Assembly: GCA_047973425.1 (NCBI GenBank)
Contig: JBKEBZ010000048.1
Coordinates: forward strand, 12,258-76,257
Direction: 5' to 3'
DNA from: Desulfopila sp.
Lineage (GTDB): Bacteria > Desulfobacterota > Desulfobulbia > Desulfobulbales > Desulfocapsaceae
DNA length: 64,000 nucleotides
The translations under genes were made by a program, and so were the position numbers. Positions 29,995 to 39,499 of this stretch are shown one piece after another (the stretch's first letter is position 1; each line of letters starts with the position of its first letter). Under the pieces are notes generated by a model that saw only the letters and a list, made by a program, of their open reading frames with translations, had not been told where the DNA came from and made no database searches.

Positions 29995-32354
29995 AGACCA
30001 TATTTGCTCAGTTTTCGGCGCAGGGTATCCTTGGAGATGCCCAATTCTCGGCAGGTTTTCATTTTCTTCCCGTCATTTCGCTGCAGTGAGAGAAGTATGG
30101 CCTGCTTTTCCACCTCTGCCAGCGGCAGACCGGCGATTCCGGCAGCCACCTGGTTCGGGGGATGTTCCCGGTCGGCAAATATTTCCGGCAGATGGTTCTC
30201 CTGGATATATCCTCCCGGGCAGAGAATGAAGCTGTATTCGATGATGTTTTCCAGTTCTCTGATATTTCCTGGATAGTTATATTGCATCAGCAGCTGCATC
30301 GCCGCATCGCCGACACCGACGATATCCTTTTGCTTGGTAGCCCTGAAGGTATCGACGAAATGGTCGATCAACAGTGGAATATCCTCTTTTCTCTCCCGGA
30401 GCGGCGGAAGCTGGATATTGACCACGTTGAGACGATAGTAGAGGTCGTCCCTGAAAATACCTTCCTGTACCAGTTGGCCGAGGTTGCGGTTAGTGGCGGC
30501 CAGGATGCGGACATCGGCCTCGACCGGGCTGTTGCTGCCGAGGGGTTCATAGACTTTCTGTTGCAGCACCCGCAGCAGTTTCACCTGTACCGATTGCGGT
30601 ATATCGCCGATCTCATCGAGAAAGATCGTCCCTCCTTGGGCCGCGGCCAGCCGGCCTTTGCGATCTTTTTTGGCATCGGTAAACGCTCCCGCCTTATAGC
30701 CGAAGAGTTCTGATTCGAGCAGGGTCTCCGGCAGGGCGCCGCAGTTGACGACCACAAAGGGCGCCTGATTGCGGGTCGAGGTGTTGAAAACTGCCCGTGC
30801 AATCAACTCCTTACCGGTGCCGCTCTCGCCGAGGATCAGCACGTTGCTGTTGCTGGTGGCGATATCTGGCAGGATCTGAAAGAGTCGCTGCATGGCGGGG
30901 CTCTTGCTGATCATCGTGTCGAAGGTGAAGTTTTTCAGCAGCTGCTGGCGAAGGCTCATCTCCACGCTCAAGTCGCGAAAGGTCTCGACGCCTCCCACCA
31001 CGTTGCCGTCATGGTCGAGCAGGGGGGCGGCGGAGATACTGACATGGACGCATTTATCCTGTCTGTTGCGGATGGTGATGGTCCGGTTGGCCATCGGCCT
31101 GCCGGTGTAGATGCTTTCGGCTATGGCGCAGTTTTTGCCGCAGATCGAGGAGTGAAAGATATCGCTGCAGAACTGGCCGATTGCCCGCTCTCGGCTCCAG
31201 CCGGTGATGAGTTCGGCTCCGAGATTGAACGAGGTGATCCGCCAGTTGCGGTCGACGGTGAAGACCCCATCGGCCACCGAGTCGAGGATCAGGGCGGTTT
31301 GCAACCGGCTGGTGTTGTTGCGAAACGACTCGACCCCACCCAGCACGTTACCCTGCGGGTCGAGAAAGGGGGCCGCGCTGATGCTGACGGGGATGGACTA
31401 GCCGTCCTTGCCGATGATGAACAGTTCGTAATCGACCAGGTTTTTTTTCTCGTGCATGCAGATGGCTAAGGGGCAACTGGTGATGTTGCTGCTGCCGAAA
31501 AGAATTTCGGCGCAGCTCTTGCCGAGCACCTCCTCCTCCAGCCAGCCGGTGATTTCTTCTGCCGCCCGGTTGAACGAGGTGATATGACCCCGTTCGTCGA
31601 CGGTGAAGACGCCGTCGGCCACCGCATCGAGGATGATTTCGTTCTGGAGCGTGGCGGTGATGTCACGGAAGGTTTCCACCCCGCCGATGATGTTGTTGTC
31701 GAGATCGAACAGTGGGGTGGCGCTGATCAGGACCGGGATGGAGCGGCCGTTTTTGGTGGTGACGAAGACCGTCCGTTTGCAGAGTCGGTCGCCTTTGTCG
31801 ATGGCTCTGGACATCAGGCATGCATCGTCGCAGAGGGGGGTGCTGAACACCGTACTGCAGGGCAGGCCCACCACCTCGGTCTCTTGCCAGCCAGTGATCC
31901 GCTCGGCCGCCTGGTTGAAAAACGTTATTTTTTTCTGGTGATCGACAGTGAAAACGCCTTCGGCGATGGAATCGAGGGCCAGACGACCGGCGGCGATGGT
32001 CGAATCCGGATCGGAGAAGTACAACGCCGCGCCGAGCCAGGTGCCATCGGCCGCAGGCAGGGTGAGCACCTGCACATACATCGGGCTGCCGTTGTCGCCG
32101 GCAATGGTGGTGGTGAGATTGCTGTTGCCGCTGCGGCAGGCCTGGGGCGATTCGGTGAGGTTTTTGAGATGATTGACAAGTTGCAAAAATCGGCTGTCCC
32201 TTGCAAAGATATCCCGTATGTCTTTGCCGGCAAGCCATTTCTCATCACAACCGAGAATGGTAGCTGCGACCGCATTGCAGGAGGTGATCCGCCAGTTCGT
32301 ATCGATGGTGGTGTAGCCACCCTCAAAGGGCGGGGGCCACTCTTTGGCTTGCAT
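29949..32354 (-). pseudogene. Multi-PAS sigma54-dependent activator interrupted by in-frame TAG (31400-31398); pseudogene, readthrough or split gene
   Basis: ORFs 31398-32435 and 29949-31346 share one frame: ...GKDG*SIPVSISAAP...; GESGTGKE, GAFTDA, DEIGD and Fis-type HTH; likely start 32354 (AGAGG RBS). Confidence 0.8.
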
Positions 32355-32530
32355 CGCGGTACCTCTTTTGACCGATCGGCTGTACTGTCGATAGGCCGGT
32401 CGTTGGCTGGTGGGAGTATGCAGTGAAACATTCAACTCCTGTCACTATAGCACAGTTTTCTGGCATATGCACGTTAACTGCCGCTCTTTCTCCGATGGGG
32501 CGTACGGTCCGGTTCGGCGGCAGGGCGACC

Positions 32531-33397
32531 TCAGCCGAATCGGCCGGTGAGGTACGCCTCGGTCAGTCGGTGGCGGGGGTTGGTGAAGATCTGCTCGGTC
32601 GGGCCCACTTCGATGAGATTGCCGAGGTGGAAATAGGCGGTGCGCTGGGAGACCCGGGCGGCCTGCTGCATCACATGGGTGACGATGATGATCGTGTACT
32701 GCTGACGCAATTCGGCGATCAGTTCTTCGACCTTGGCGGTGGCGATCGGGTCGAGCGACGAGCAGGGTTCATCCATCAGGATGACCTCGGGGTTGACGGC
32801 GATGGCCCGGGCGATGCACAACCGTTGCTGCTGACCGGCGGAGAGTCCGGTGCTGAGGGTATGCAGCCGGTCCTTCACTTCGCTCCACAGACCGGCCCTG
32901 GTCAAGGCCTTTTCGACGATCTCGGCCAACTCGTCTTTGTGGTGCACCAGGCCGTGAATTTTCGGGCCATAGGTGACGTTGTCAAAGATCGATTTGGGAA
33001 AGGGGTTGGGTTTTTGAAAGACCATGCCGACGCTGGCTCTGAGCGGCACGACATCGATTCCGGGCGCGTAGATATCTATATCGTCGAGCCGGATCTCCCC
33101 CTCGATCCGACAGTTGGCAATCGGGTCATTCATGCGGTTGAGGCAGCGGAGAAATGTCGATTTACCGCAACCAGATGGGCCGATCATGGCCAGTACCTCG
33201 TTCCGGGCCAGGTCGATACTGACCGAGTTGACCGCGCAGTGTTCCCCGTAATAGACCGACACCTCCCGGCAGGTCATCCGGGGATTCTCGGTAAAGGGTT
33301 GGCCGACCGTCATCGTCGGGGTTGGACTGGTCGTCGTTGCCTCGGCGGCGGAGTCGGGGATTGCCATGTCGACAGTGAATTCCATAAGATCGCTCAT
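32531..33397 (-). CDS. pstB: Phosphate ABC transporter ATPase
   Basis: [24 protein letters not shown] and AYLTGRFG motifs. Confidence 0.95.
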   Translation of the reverse strand: MSDLMEFTVDMAIPDSAAEATTTSPTPTMTVGQPFTENPRMTCREVSVYYGEHCAVNSVSIDLARNEVLAMIGPSGCGKSTFLRCLNRMNDPIANCRIEGEIRLDDIDIYAPGIDVVPLRASVGMVFQKPNPFPKSIFDNVTYGPKIHGLVHHKDELAEIVEKALTRAGLWSEVKDRLHTLSTGLSAGQQQRLCIARAIAVNPEVILMDEPCSSLDPIATAKVEELIAELRQQYTIIIVTHVMQQAARVSQRTAYFHLGNLIEVGPTEQIFTNPRHRLTEAYLTGRFG

Positions 33398-33542
33398 CGC
33401 GCTGGTTGCAGGGGTGATCGGGGCGGTGAGGGCGGCCGTGTCCCCGTCGACACTGGAGCCCGTCGTTTCAAGTTCAATTTACATCTCAAGGTGAGGTCTT
33501 TGTCGACTGTGGCGCACGGCTCTTTGCCGTACTCTTTGTATT

Positions 33543-33704
33543 GATGTTCTCGTAAAAAGTCGAATGTTCCACCAGGATGGGCTCAGGAAAAACCCTGATA
33601 TACGAGGCGTAGCGTCGTAAACGACAATTTGGTAGTACATATGGTACAGCGAATTGTCGTTTGCGACCTACAACGAAGTAGATCTGGGTTTTTACGAGCC
33701 CATC
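33543..33704 (-). mobile_element. MITE family A, subtype 1 (162 bp)
   Basis: Nearly identical to 29371-29532; 6-bp TSD TGTATT. Confidence 0.9.
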
Positions 33705-33713
33705 TGTATTGTC

Positions 33714-34784
33714 TCATGGCGGCTCGCCTGTCCTCTTTAGCTCAACCCGAATGCTTCTTGGGCTGAGATCTCTGATGATCTTTCGGTACTGGTCGCGCTC
33801 CGCCGCCGGCATCGGAATCAGACCCTTTTCGGCCAGGTAGCCATTCTCACCCCAGGCCCTGTCGCTGCTGAATTCGTTCAGATACTCCCTGATGCCTGGA
33901 ATGATGCCGACATGGGCCTTTTTCACATAGAAGAAAAGCGGCCGGGAGAGGGGATAGTCGCCAGAGGCGATGTTGGCCAGGGTCGGATGCTGGTTTTCTA
34001 TACTGGAACCCTGCAGGAAGTCGCTGTTCTGATCTAAAAAAGAGAAGCCGAAGATGCCGAGGGCGATCGGATTGGTTCGCAGCTTCTGTACGATCAGATT
34101 GTCGTTTTCGCCCGCCGTGACATAGGCGCCATCCTCGCGCAGGGTCCGGGCGATTCTGACGAAATCTCCGGGGGCCATGTCCTTGAGAAAGGGGTATGTC
34201 GCGGCCCCATGATCCATGACCAGTTCGACAAAGGCGTCCCTGGTTCCCGAGGTTGGCGGTGGACCGTATATCTCGATCCTGTGGGGCGGTAAGCTCGGGT
34301 CGATATCACTCCAGTTCCGGAACGGGTTGGCTCTCAGCTTCCCTGGAACTCTCGGATCCGGAACCTCTTTGGCGAGAGCCAGATAGAGCTGCTTCCGGCT
34401 CAGTGGCAGCGGCGCATGCTGCTTGGCATTGGCCACGACGATGCCGTCGTAGCCGATCTTCACCTCGACGATCTCCTGGACGCCATTGGCGGTGCAATCC
34501 GCCAGTTCCAAGGGTTCCATACTTCTGGAGGCGTCGGTAATATCCGGGGTCTTGAGCTCGATCCCGGAGCAGAACAGCTTGAAGCCGTCGCCTGAACCGG
34601 TGGCCTCTATCTTTGGACTCTTGAAGTGGCTGGTCCGAGCAAAATGCTCGGCAACCACGGTAGCGAAGGGGTAGACGGTGGAGGAACCGACAATGGTGAT
34701 GTAGTCGCGACCGGCCATCACGGGGGTACTGCTGACGATGGCCATCAGCAGCAGGCCGACGGCCCAGAGGGCTTTGCTCTTCAT
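33714..34784 (-). CDS. pstS: Phosphate-binding periplasmic protein
   Basis: Signal peptide from ATG 34784 (AAGGAG RBS); VGSSTVYP, TGSG and SGTRDAF motifs. Confidence 0.92.
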   Translation of the reverse strand: MKSKALWAVGLLLMAIVSSTPVMAGRDYITIVGSSTVYPFATVVAEHFARTSHFKSPKIEATGSGDGFKLFCSGIELKTPDITDASRSMEPLELADCTANGVQEIVEVKIGYDGIVVANAKQHAPLPLSRKQLYLALAKEVPDPRVPGKLRANPFRNWSDIDPSLPPHRIEIYGPPPTSGTRDAFVELVMDHGAATYPFLKDMAPGDFVRIARTLREDGAYVTAGENDNLIVQKLRTNPIALGIFGFSFLDQNSDFLQGSSIENQHPTLANIASGDYPLSRPLFFYVKKAHVGIIPGIREYLNEFSSDRAWGENGYLAEKGLIPMPAAERDQYRKIIRDLSPRSIRVELKRTGEPP

Positions 34785-34814
34785 CCCTTTCTCCTTGCCA
34801 GAATGTGCATCTGG

Positions 34815-35005
34815 TTTATCCACAACGCATCCGTTCGGAAAGCTGCTCACCGAGGACGGGAGTTTCATGTGTCGTCGTGGCTGAGGCTTCCTGACCCAGC
34901 CATGCTGGGTTATTCGAAACTTGCCGGTGTGAAAAACTCTGTCACCGCGCCGGGGAGTTTCATGTGTCGTCGTGGCTGAGGCATCTTGGTCCAGCCATGC
35001 TGGTT
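34815..35005 (+). repeat. Two tandem family B units
   Basis: Two CAGCCATGCTGG ends; overlaps the pstA 3' end. Confidence 0.85.
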
Positions 35006-36273
35006 CGTTCGAATCTGTTGCGCAGGTAGACCGCCAGGCCGTTTAACAGCAGCAGACAGACCAGCAGCACCATGATCGCCGCTGCCGTCTTTTCGGCAAA
35101 GGCCCGTTCGGGGTTGTCGGACCAGAGATAGATCTGCACCGGCAGCACTGTGGCCGGGTCGGTGAAACTGGCGGGGGCGTCGACGATGAAGGCCACCATG
35201 CCAATCATCAAGAGTGGCGCGGTCTCGCCCAGGGCCCTGGTCATGGCGATGATGGCGCCGGTCAGCATGGTCGGCATGGCCAGGGGCAAGACGTGATGGG
35301 TAATGGTCTGAACCTTCGAGGCACCGATTGCCAGAGCGGCCTGGCGAATCGAGGCTGGCACAGCGGTAAGGGCTGCCCTGCCGGTAATGATGATGGTTGG
35401 CAGGGTGACGAGAGTGAGCACCAGCCCAGCTGTCACCGGAGTGGCCCGGGGCAGGCCGCAGGAGTTGATGAAGATTGCCAGCCCCAGCAAACCGAAAATG
35501 ATGGAGGGAACAGCGGCCAGGTTGTTGATGTTGATCGTAACCAGATCGACCCAGATGTTTTGGGGCGCGAACTCTTCGAGGTAGATAGCCGCCGCTATGC
35601 CCATTGGAAAAGAGATGACCAGGGTAATGGCCAGGGTGTAGAGGGAACCGCACATCGCACCCCATATTCCAGCCTGTTCCGGCTCGCGGGAGTCGCCATT
35701 GGTAAAGAAGGTGGTGTTGAATTTTCTGTCGATTCTGCCGGCGGAGGCAAGACTGGCAAGCCAGCTCAGCTGCCTGTCGTTGAGATGTCGGCCACTTTCC
35801 GGCGCCGTGTGGTCATACCTGCCTTTCTGCCACATATCCACATCGTCGTCGGCCGGAAGCCAGACCGACAGGCTGGTGCCTATACGCCTGGGGTCCTTTG
35901 TCACCAGTGCCATCAGCTGGTGGGGTGCTCCGGGACTGATCAGCCGGGCCAGTCGTTCTTTGTCCTGGTGGCTGGTCACCTCGGGAAATGTCGTGTACAG
36001 GGCTTTTCTGATCAGGCTGGTAAAGTCCGCCCTGGCGATGTTGGCATCGGTGAATTCTGCCGGATCGAGATCGATGTCGAGCCTGATGGAGGTCTGCTGG
36101 AAAGCGGTATAGCCAGTGGTGATGATCGAGAGAAACAGCGAGAGCAGCGTGGCCAGGGCGATGACGACAGCGGTGACGGTCAACCGCCGAAAATACCTTT
36201 CCCGACGATGGCGTCGGGTAAGACCGGCAGTGACTTTGCCGGTGATGGCGAACGATGATGGCAAGGTAGGCAT
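34960..36273 (-). CDS. pstA: Phosphate ABC transporter permease A
   Basis: AIYLEEFA, NLAAVPSIIFGLLG and RALGETAPL motifs; last 14 aa come from repeat B. Confidence 0.94.
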   Translation of the reverse strand: MPTLPSSFAITGKVTAGLTRRHRRERYFRRLTVTAVVIALATLLSLFLSIITTGYTAFQQTSIRLDIDLDPAEFTDANIARADFTSLIRKALYTTFPEVTSHQDKERLARLISPGAPHQLMALVTKDPRRIGTSLSVWLPADDDVDMWQKGRYDHTAPESGRHLNDRQLSWLASLASAGRIDRKFNTTFFTNGDSREPEQAGIWGAMCGSLYTLAITLVISFPMGIAAAIYLEEFAPQNIWVDLVTININNLAAVPSIIFGLLGLAIFINSCGLPRATPVTAGLVLTLVTLPTIIITGRAALTAVPASIRQAALAIGASKVQTITHHVLPLAMPTMLTGAIIAMTRALGETAPLLMIGMVAFIVDAPASFTDPATVLPVQIYLWSDNPERAFAEKTAAAIMVLLVCLLLLNGLAVYLRNRFERTSMAGPRCLSHDDT

Positions 36274-36340
36274 GGCCGGTCAGTCTGCTTTGTTTTTTTT
36301 GCCAGGCAGCTGCAATCGCCCGGAGAGAAGAGGGGTGGAC

Positions 36341-37726
36341 TCAGTCATAATGCTCCCTGTATTGGCGAACGACCCGTAGAGCGATGAAATTCAGAATCAG
36401 GGTCAGGAGAAAGAGCAGCAGTCCCAGGGCGAAAGCCGCCAGGGTTTTCGGGCTGTCGAACTCCTGGTCGCCGACGAGCAGTGTGACGATCTGCACGGTA
36501 ACGGTAGTGACCGCCTGCAACGGGTTGAAGGTCAGGTTGGCGGCCAGTCCGGCGGCCATCACCACGATCATCGTCTCACCGATGGCCCGTGATACCGCCA
36601 GGAGTATGCCGGCGACAATGCCGGGCAGGGCCGCGGGGATCACCACGTTTCTCACGGTCTCATACCTGGTCGCTCCCAGGGCGCAGGAGCCGTCACGCAG
36701 CTCCTGGGGCACGGCATAAATGACATCGTCGGCGATGGAGGATATGAGAGGAATGAGCATTATTCCGGTGACCAGTCCGGCGGCGAGCGCACTTTCGGAG
36801 GAAACGGAAAAACCGAGATATTGGCCGATGACACGGATCAGCGGCGCCACGTTCAGGGCGGCGAAGAAACCATAGACGACGGTGGGGATGCCCGCCAGTA
36901 TCTCCAGCAGTGGCTTGATGGTGGCTCGGACTTTTTTGCTCGCGTATTCCGAGAGGTAGATGGCCGAGAGCAGACCGATGGGAACTGCTACCAGCATGGC
37001 GATAAGCGAGATCAGCAGGGTGCCCAGCAAAACCGGTACCGAGCCAAAGGCGCCGGAAGAGGCGATCTGGTCCGAGCGGATGGCGATCTGGGGGCTCCAG
37101 TCGAGCCCGAAGAGAAAACTGGTCATCGGTACCGCCTTGAAAAAACGGAACGCCTCAAAGAGCATCAAGAGAATGGTGCCCAGGGTGATGACAATGGTGA
37201 GCACGACACAGCTAAACAGCACCGTCATCCCCATCGATTCCACCAGCTTTCTGGCCTTCAGGTCGATCTTGATCCAGAGGAGGACGCCACCGCAGGCGAC
37301 CAGCATGGTTGCGATTGTCACCTTGAAAACCAGGTCCCTGACCGAGGATTGCAGAGCGACATACTGTCGGGCACCGCTTTCGACCAGTGGTTTTGCGGTT
37401 TCACCGACGATCTCGCTGTTTATTCTGTTATGGATTTCGCTGGTGAGCAGTTCCAGGTCGCTGGTGTCGAGCCGTTGCACCTCGGCGGGCAGTTTTTTGA
37501 CGATAAGCGAGGTAATGACTGGGGTTTCGACTATCTGCCAGGTTGTGAGAAGAAAAAATGCCGGGATGGCGCAGGCCAGAGCCGTCAGCACACCGTAATG
37601 GACCGGCAGGGAGTCGAGTGCGCCAGGTTCCCTGCCTCTGGCGACGGCCAACGCCCGTCTCCTGCCCAGGAAAAAGGCGACGACGCTGAACAGAAGAATG
37701 CATGGCAGGATGTAGGAGTAGAGCAT
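36341..37726 (-). CDS. pstC: Phosphate ABC transporter permease C
   Basis: AIYLSEYA, LAGIPTVVYGFF and SRAIGETMIV motifs. Confidence 0.94.
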   Translation of the reverse strand: MLYSYILPCILLFSVVAFFLGRRRALAVARGREPGALDSLPVHYGVLTALACAIPAFFLLTTWQIVETPVITSLIVKKLPAEVQRLDTSDLELLTSEIHNRINSEIVGETAKPLVESGARQYVALQSSVRDLVFKVTIATMLVACGGVLLWIKIDLKARKLVESMGMTVLFSCVVLTIVITLGTILLMLFEAFRFFKAVPMTSFLFGLDWSPQIAIRSDQIASSGAFGSVPVLLGTLLISLIAMLVAVPIGLLSAIYLSEYASKKVRATIKPLLEILAGIPTVVYGFFAALNVAPLIRVIGQYLGFSVSSESALAAGLVTGIMLIPLISSIADDVIYAVPQELRDGSCALGATRYETVRNVVIPAALPGIVAGILLAVSRAIGETMIVVMAAGLAANLTFNPLQAVTTVTVQIVTLLVGDQEFDSPKTLAAFALGLLLFLLTLILNFIALRVVRQYREHYD

Positions 37727-37784
37727 GGGTTATGACATGTTGACTGACTGGATGCTGGATGGGTACTCCCTCGCCGGCGGGTCG

Positions 37785-38459
37785 TCATTGGCCCCGGATG
37801 AATATTCCTTCAACCAGGTGAATGACATCTTCGGCGATGTTGGTCGACCGGTCACCGATGCGCTCCAGGTGTCTGGCCAGCAGATAGATGTCGATCAGAC
37901 AGCCGGGATGTTCCGGGTGGCGATCCAGTCGGGCCGTGACCTTGTCATAGGCGTCTTTGAGCATCGCGTCGACCTCGTCGTCGAGCAGAAAGACCTGCCT
38001 TGCCATCTGGGCGTCGTGGTTGACCAGGGCATCGAGACTCATCTTCAGCATGGTGATGACCTTCTCGGACATCCTGCTGTAGTCGTACATCCAGCCTTTT
38101 CCGTTGGCAGAGGACTCCCTCGTGCAGGCGGAAATGGTCTTGACCCTGAGGGCAATGCTGACGGCCATGTCGCCGATGCGTTCTATCTCGTTGTTGACCT
38201 TTATGACAGTTACGATAAGGCGCAGATCACTGGCAACAGGCTGGTGCAGGGCGAGAATCCTGAGGCAGTCCTCCTCGATCTCGACCTCCATGTCGTCTAT
38301 TTCGTAGTCGGTGAGCAGAATCTTCTGGATCAGCTCCTCATCTCGACTGGCGATGACCGAGGTCGCCGCCCGAACCCGCTCCTCCACCATGGTGCTGACC
38401 TGCATGAGCTTTTTGCGCAGGCTGGTTAGCTCGTGGTGGAAGGTGTAAAATGGCTGCAT
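37785..38459 (-). CDS. phoU: Phosphate signalling protein PhoU
   Basis: QPVASDLR, ERIGD twice; start probably ATG 38459. Confidence 0.94.
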   Translation of the reverse strand: MQPFYTFHHELTSLRKKLMQVSTMVEERVRAATSVIASRDEELIQKILLTDYEIDDMEVEIEEDCLRILALHQPVASDLRLIVTVIKVNNEIERIGDMAVSIALRVKTISACTRESSANGKGWMYDYSRMSEKVITMLKMSLDALVNHDAQMARQVFLLDDEVDAMLKDAYDKVTARLDRHPEHPGCLIDIYLLARHLERIGDRSTNIAEDVIHLVEGIFIRGQ

Positions 38460-38549
38460 AAGAGTATTCACGTAATTTACGTAACAGAGGTTTTTTTCTG
38501 TCTGGTCTCGCCATGGTGCCAGTGACAATACGGCGGGATTTTTTTTTAT

Positions 38550-38579
38550 GGATTAAGAGAGGATTAGGATTGCGTTAAT
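38550..38579 (-). promoter_or_regulatory. Candidate Pho box (three direct repeats, 11-bp period)
   Basis: Minus strand ATTAACGC-N3-CCTAATCC-N3-CTTAATCC between divergent phoU and phoB. Confidence 0.55.
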
Positions 38580-38752
38580 CCGCCGGATAGCCCTTGCGGA
38601 GCGTGGAAAAATGCAGAATGCTACCCCCAAACGGGCCATCAGCCCGCTGAGGTGGGGTGGCTGTGGCCGGTCCGATGGGCGGGACCTGCCCTCAGCCCAG
38701 AAATCCGGGCTGGAGCACTCCAGGTGCAAAGAATGCAGGGGAAAAGGGGTCA

Positions 38753-39499
38753 ATGGGAAAAGTACACATACTGATTGTCGAGGATGAAGCCGATATCCAA
38801 CAGCTGGTCAGCTACAATCTGATCAGGGCCGGATTTCACGTCACCTGCGCCGATACCGGTGAAGAGGCGCTGCAGGCTCTCAAAGGGGAGGGTGTCGACT
38901 GTATTCTGCTCGATCTCATGTTGCCTGGCCTGTCGGGCATCGAGGTGTGCATGGAGATCAAGAAGGGGCGGGCCAAGGAATACAGCTTCATCCCGATCAT
39001 CATGCTGACCGCCAAGGGCGAAGAGGTGGATATCATCGCCGGCCTTGAATGCGGCGCGGACGACTACATCACCAAACCGTTCAGCCCCAAGGTGCTCCTC
39101 GCCAGGATCAAGGCGGTTCTGCGCCGCAGCGCCGCCAAGAAAGACGACGGTGAAGAGGGTGGTCCGGTAGCCATCGTGGTTGGCAATCTGACGATCAACA
39201 AGGGCAAGCATCAGGTTCTGCTCGATGATCAGGAGATCCAGCTGACCGCCACCGAGTTCGGTATTCTGACGCTTTTGGCCGGCAAGGCCGGCTGGGTCTT
39301 CACCCGCCAGCAGATTATCGACGCAGTGCGCGGCTACGATTTTCTCATTACCCCCCGGGCTATCGATGTGCAGATCTTTGGCCTCAGAAAAAAGCTGGGC
39401 GAGGCCGGGGCCATGATCGAGACAGTCCGTGGTATTGGCTATCGTTTTAAAAATGCGGAAGAAAATATAGAAGAGCAGGATGAGACGGCCAAGATATGA
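38753..39499 (+). CDS. phoB: OmpR/PhoB-family response regulator
   Basis: Receiver (LLDLMLPG, GADDYITKPF) plus winged helix (ETVRGIGY); pst context. Confidence 0.9.
   Translation: MGKVHILIVEDEADIQQLVSYNLIRAGFHVTCADTGEEALQALKGEGVDCILLDLMLPGLSGIEVCMEIKKGRAKEYSFIPIIMLTAKGEEVDIIAGLECGADDYITKPFSPKVLLARIKAVLRRSAAKKDDGEEGGPVAIVVGNLTINKGKHQVLLDDQEIQLTATEFGILTLLAGKAGWVFTRQQIIDAVRGYDFLITPRAIDVQIFGLRKKLGEAGAMIETVRGIGYRFKNAEENIEEQDETAKI

Noticed and set aside
29435..30276. Short ORFs with repeated WSSHAGL/LVQPCW peptides
   Set aside because: Translations of repeat families A and B; no independent coding evidence
31326..31361. PYLIS-like hairpin (CTCGACCC/GGGTCGAG) after the TAG
   Set aside because: A similar CTCGAC/GTCGAG pairing occurs in the next PAS repeat from LD...VE codons, so it is weak evidence for recoding
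34785..34868. N-terminal extension of PstS in the ORF track
   Set aside because: Derived largely from repeat B; signal peptide and RBS point to ATG 34784
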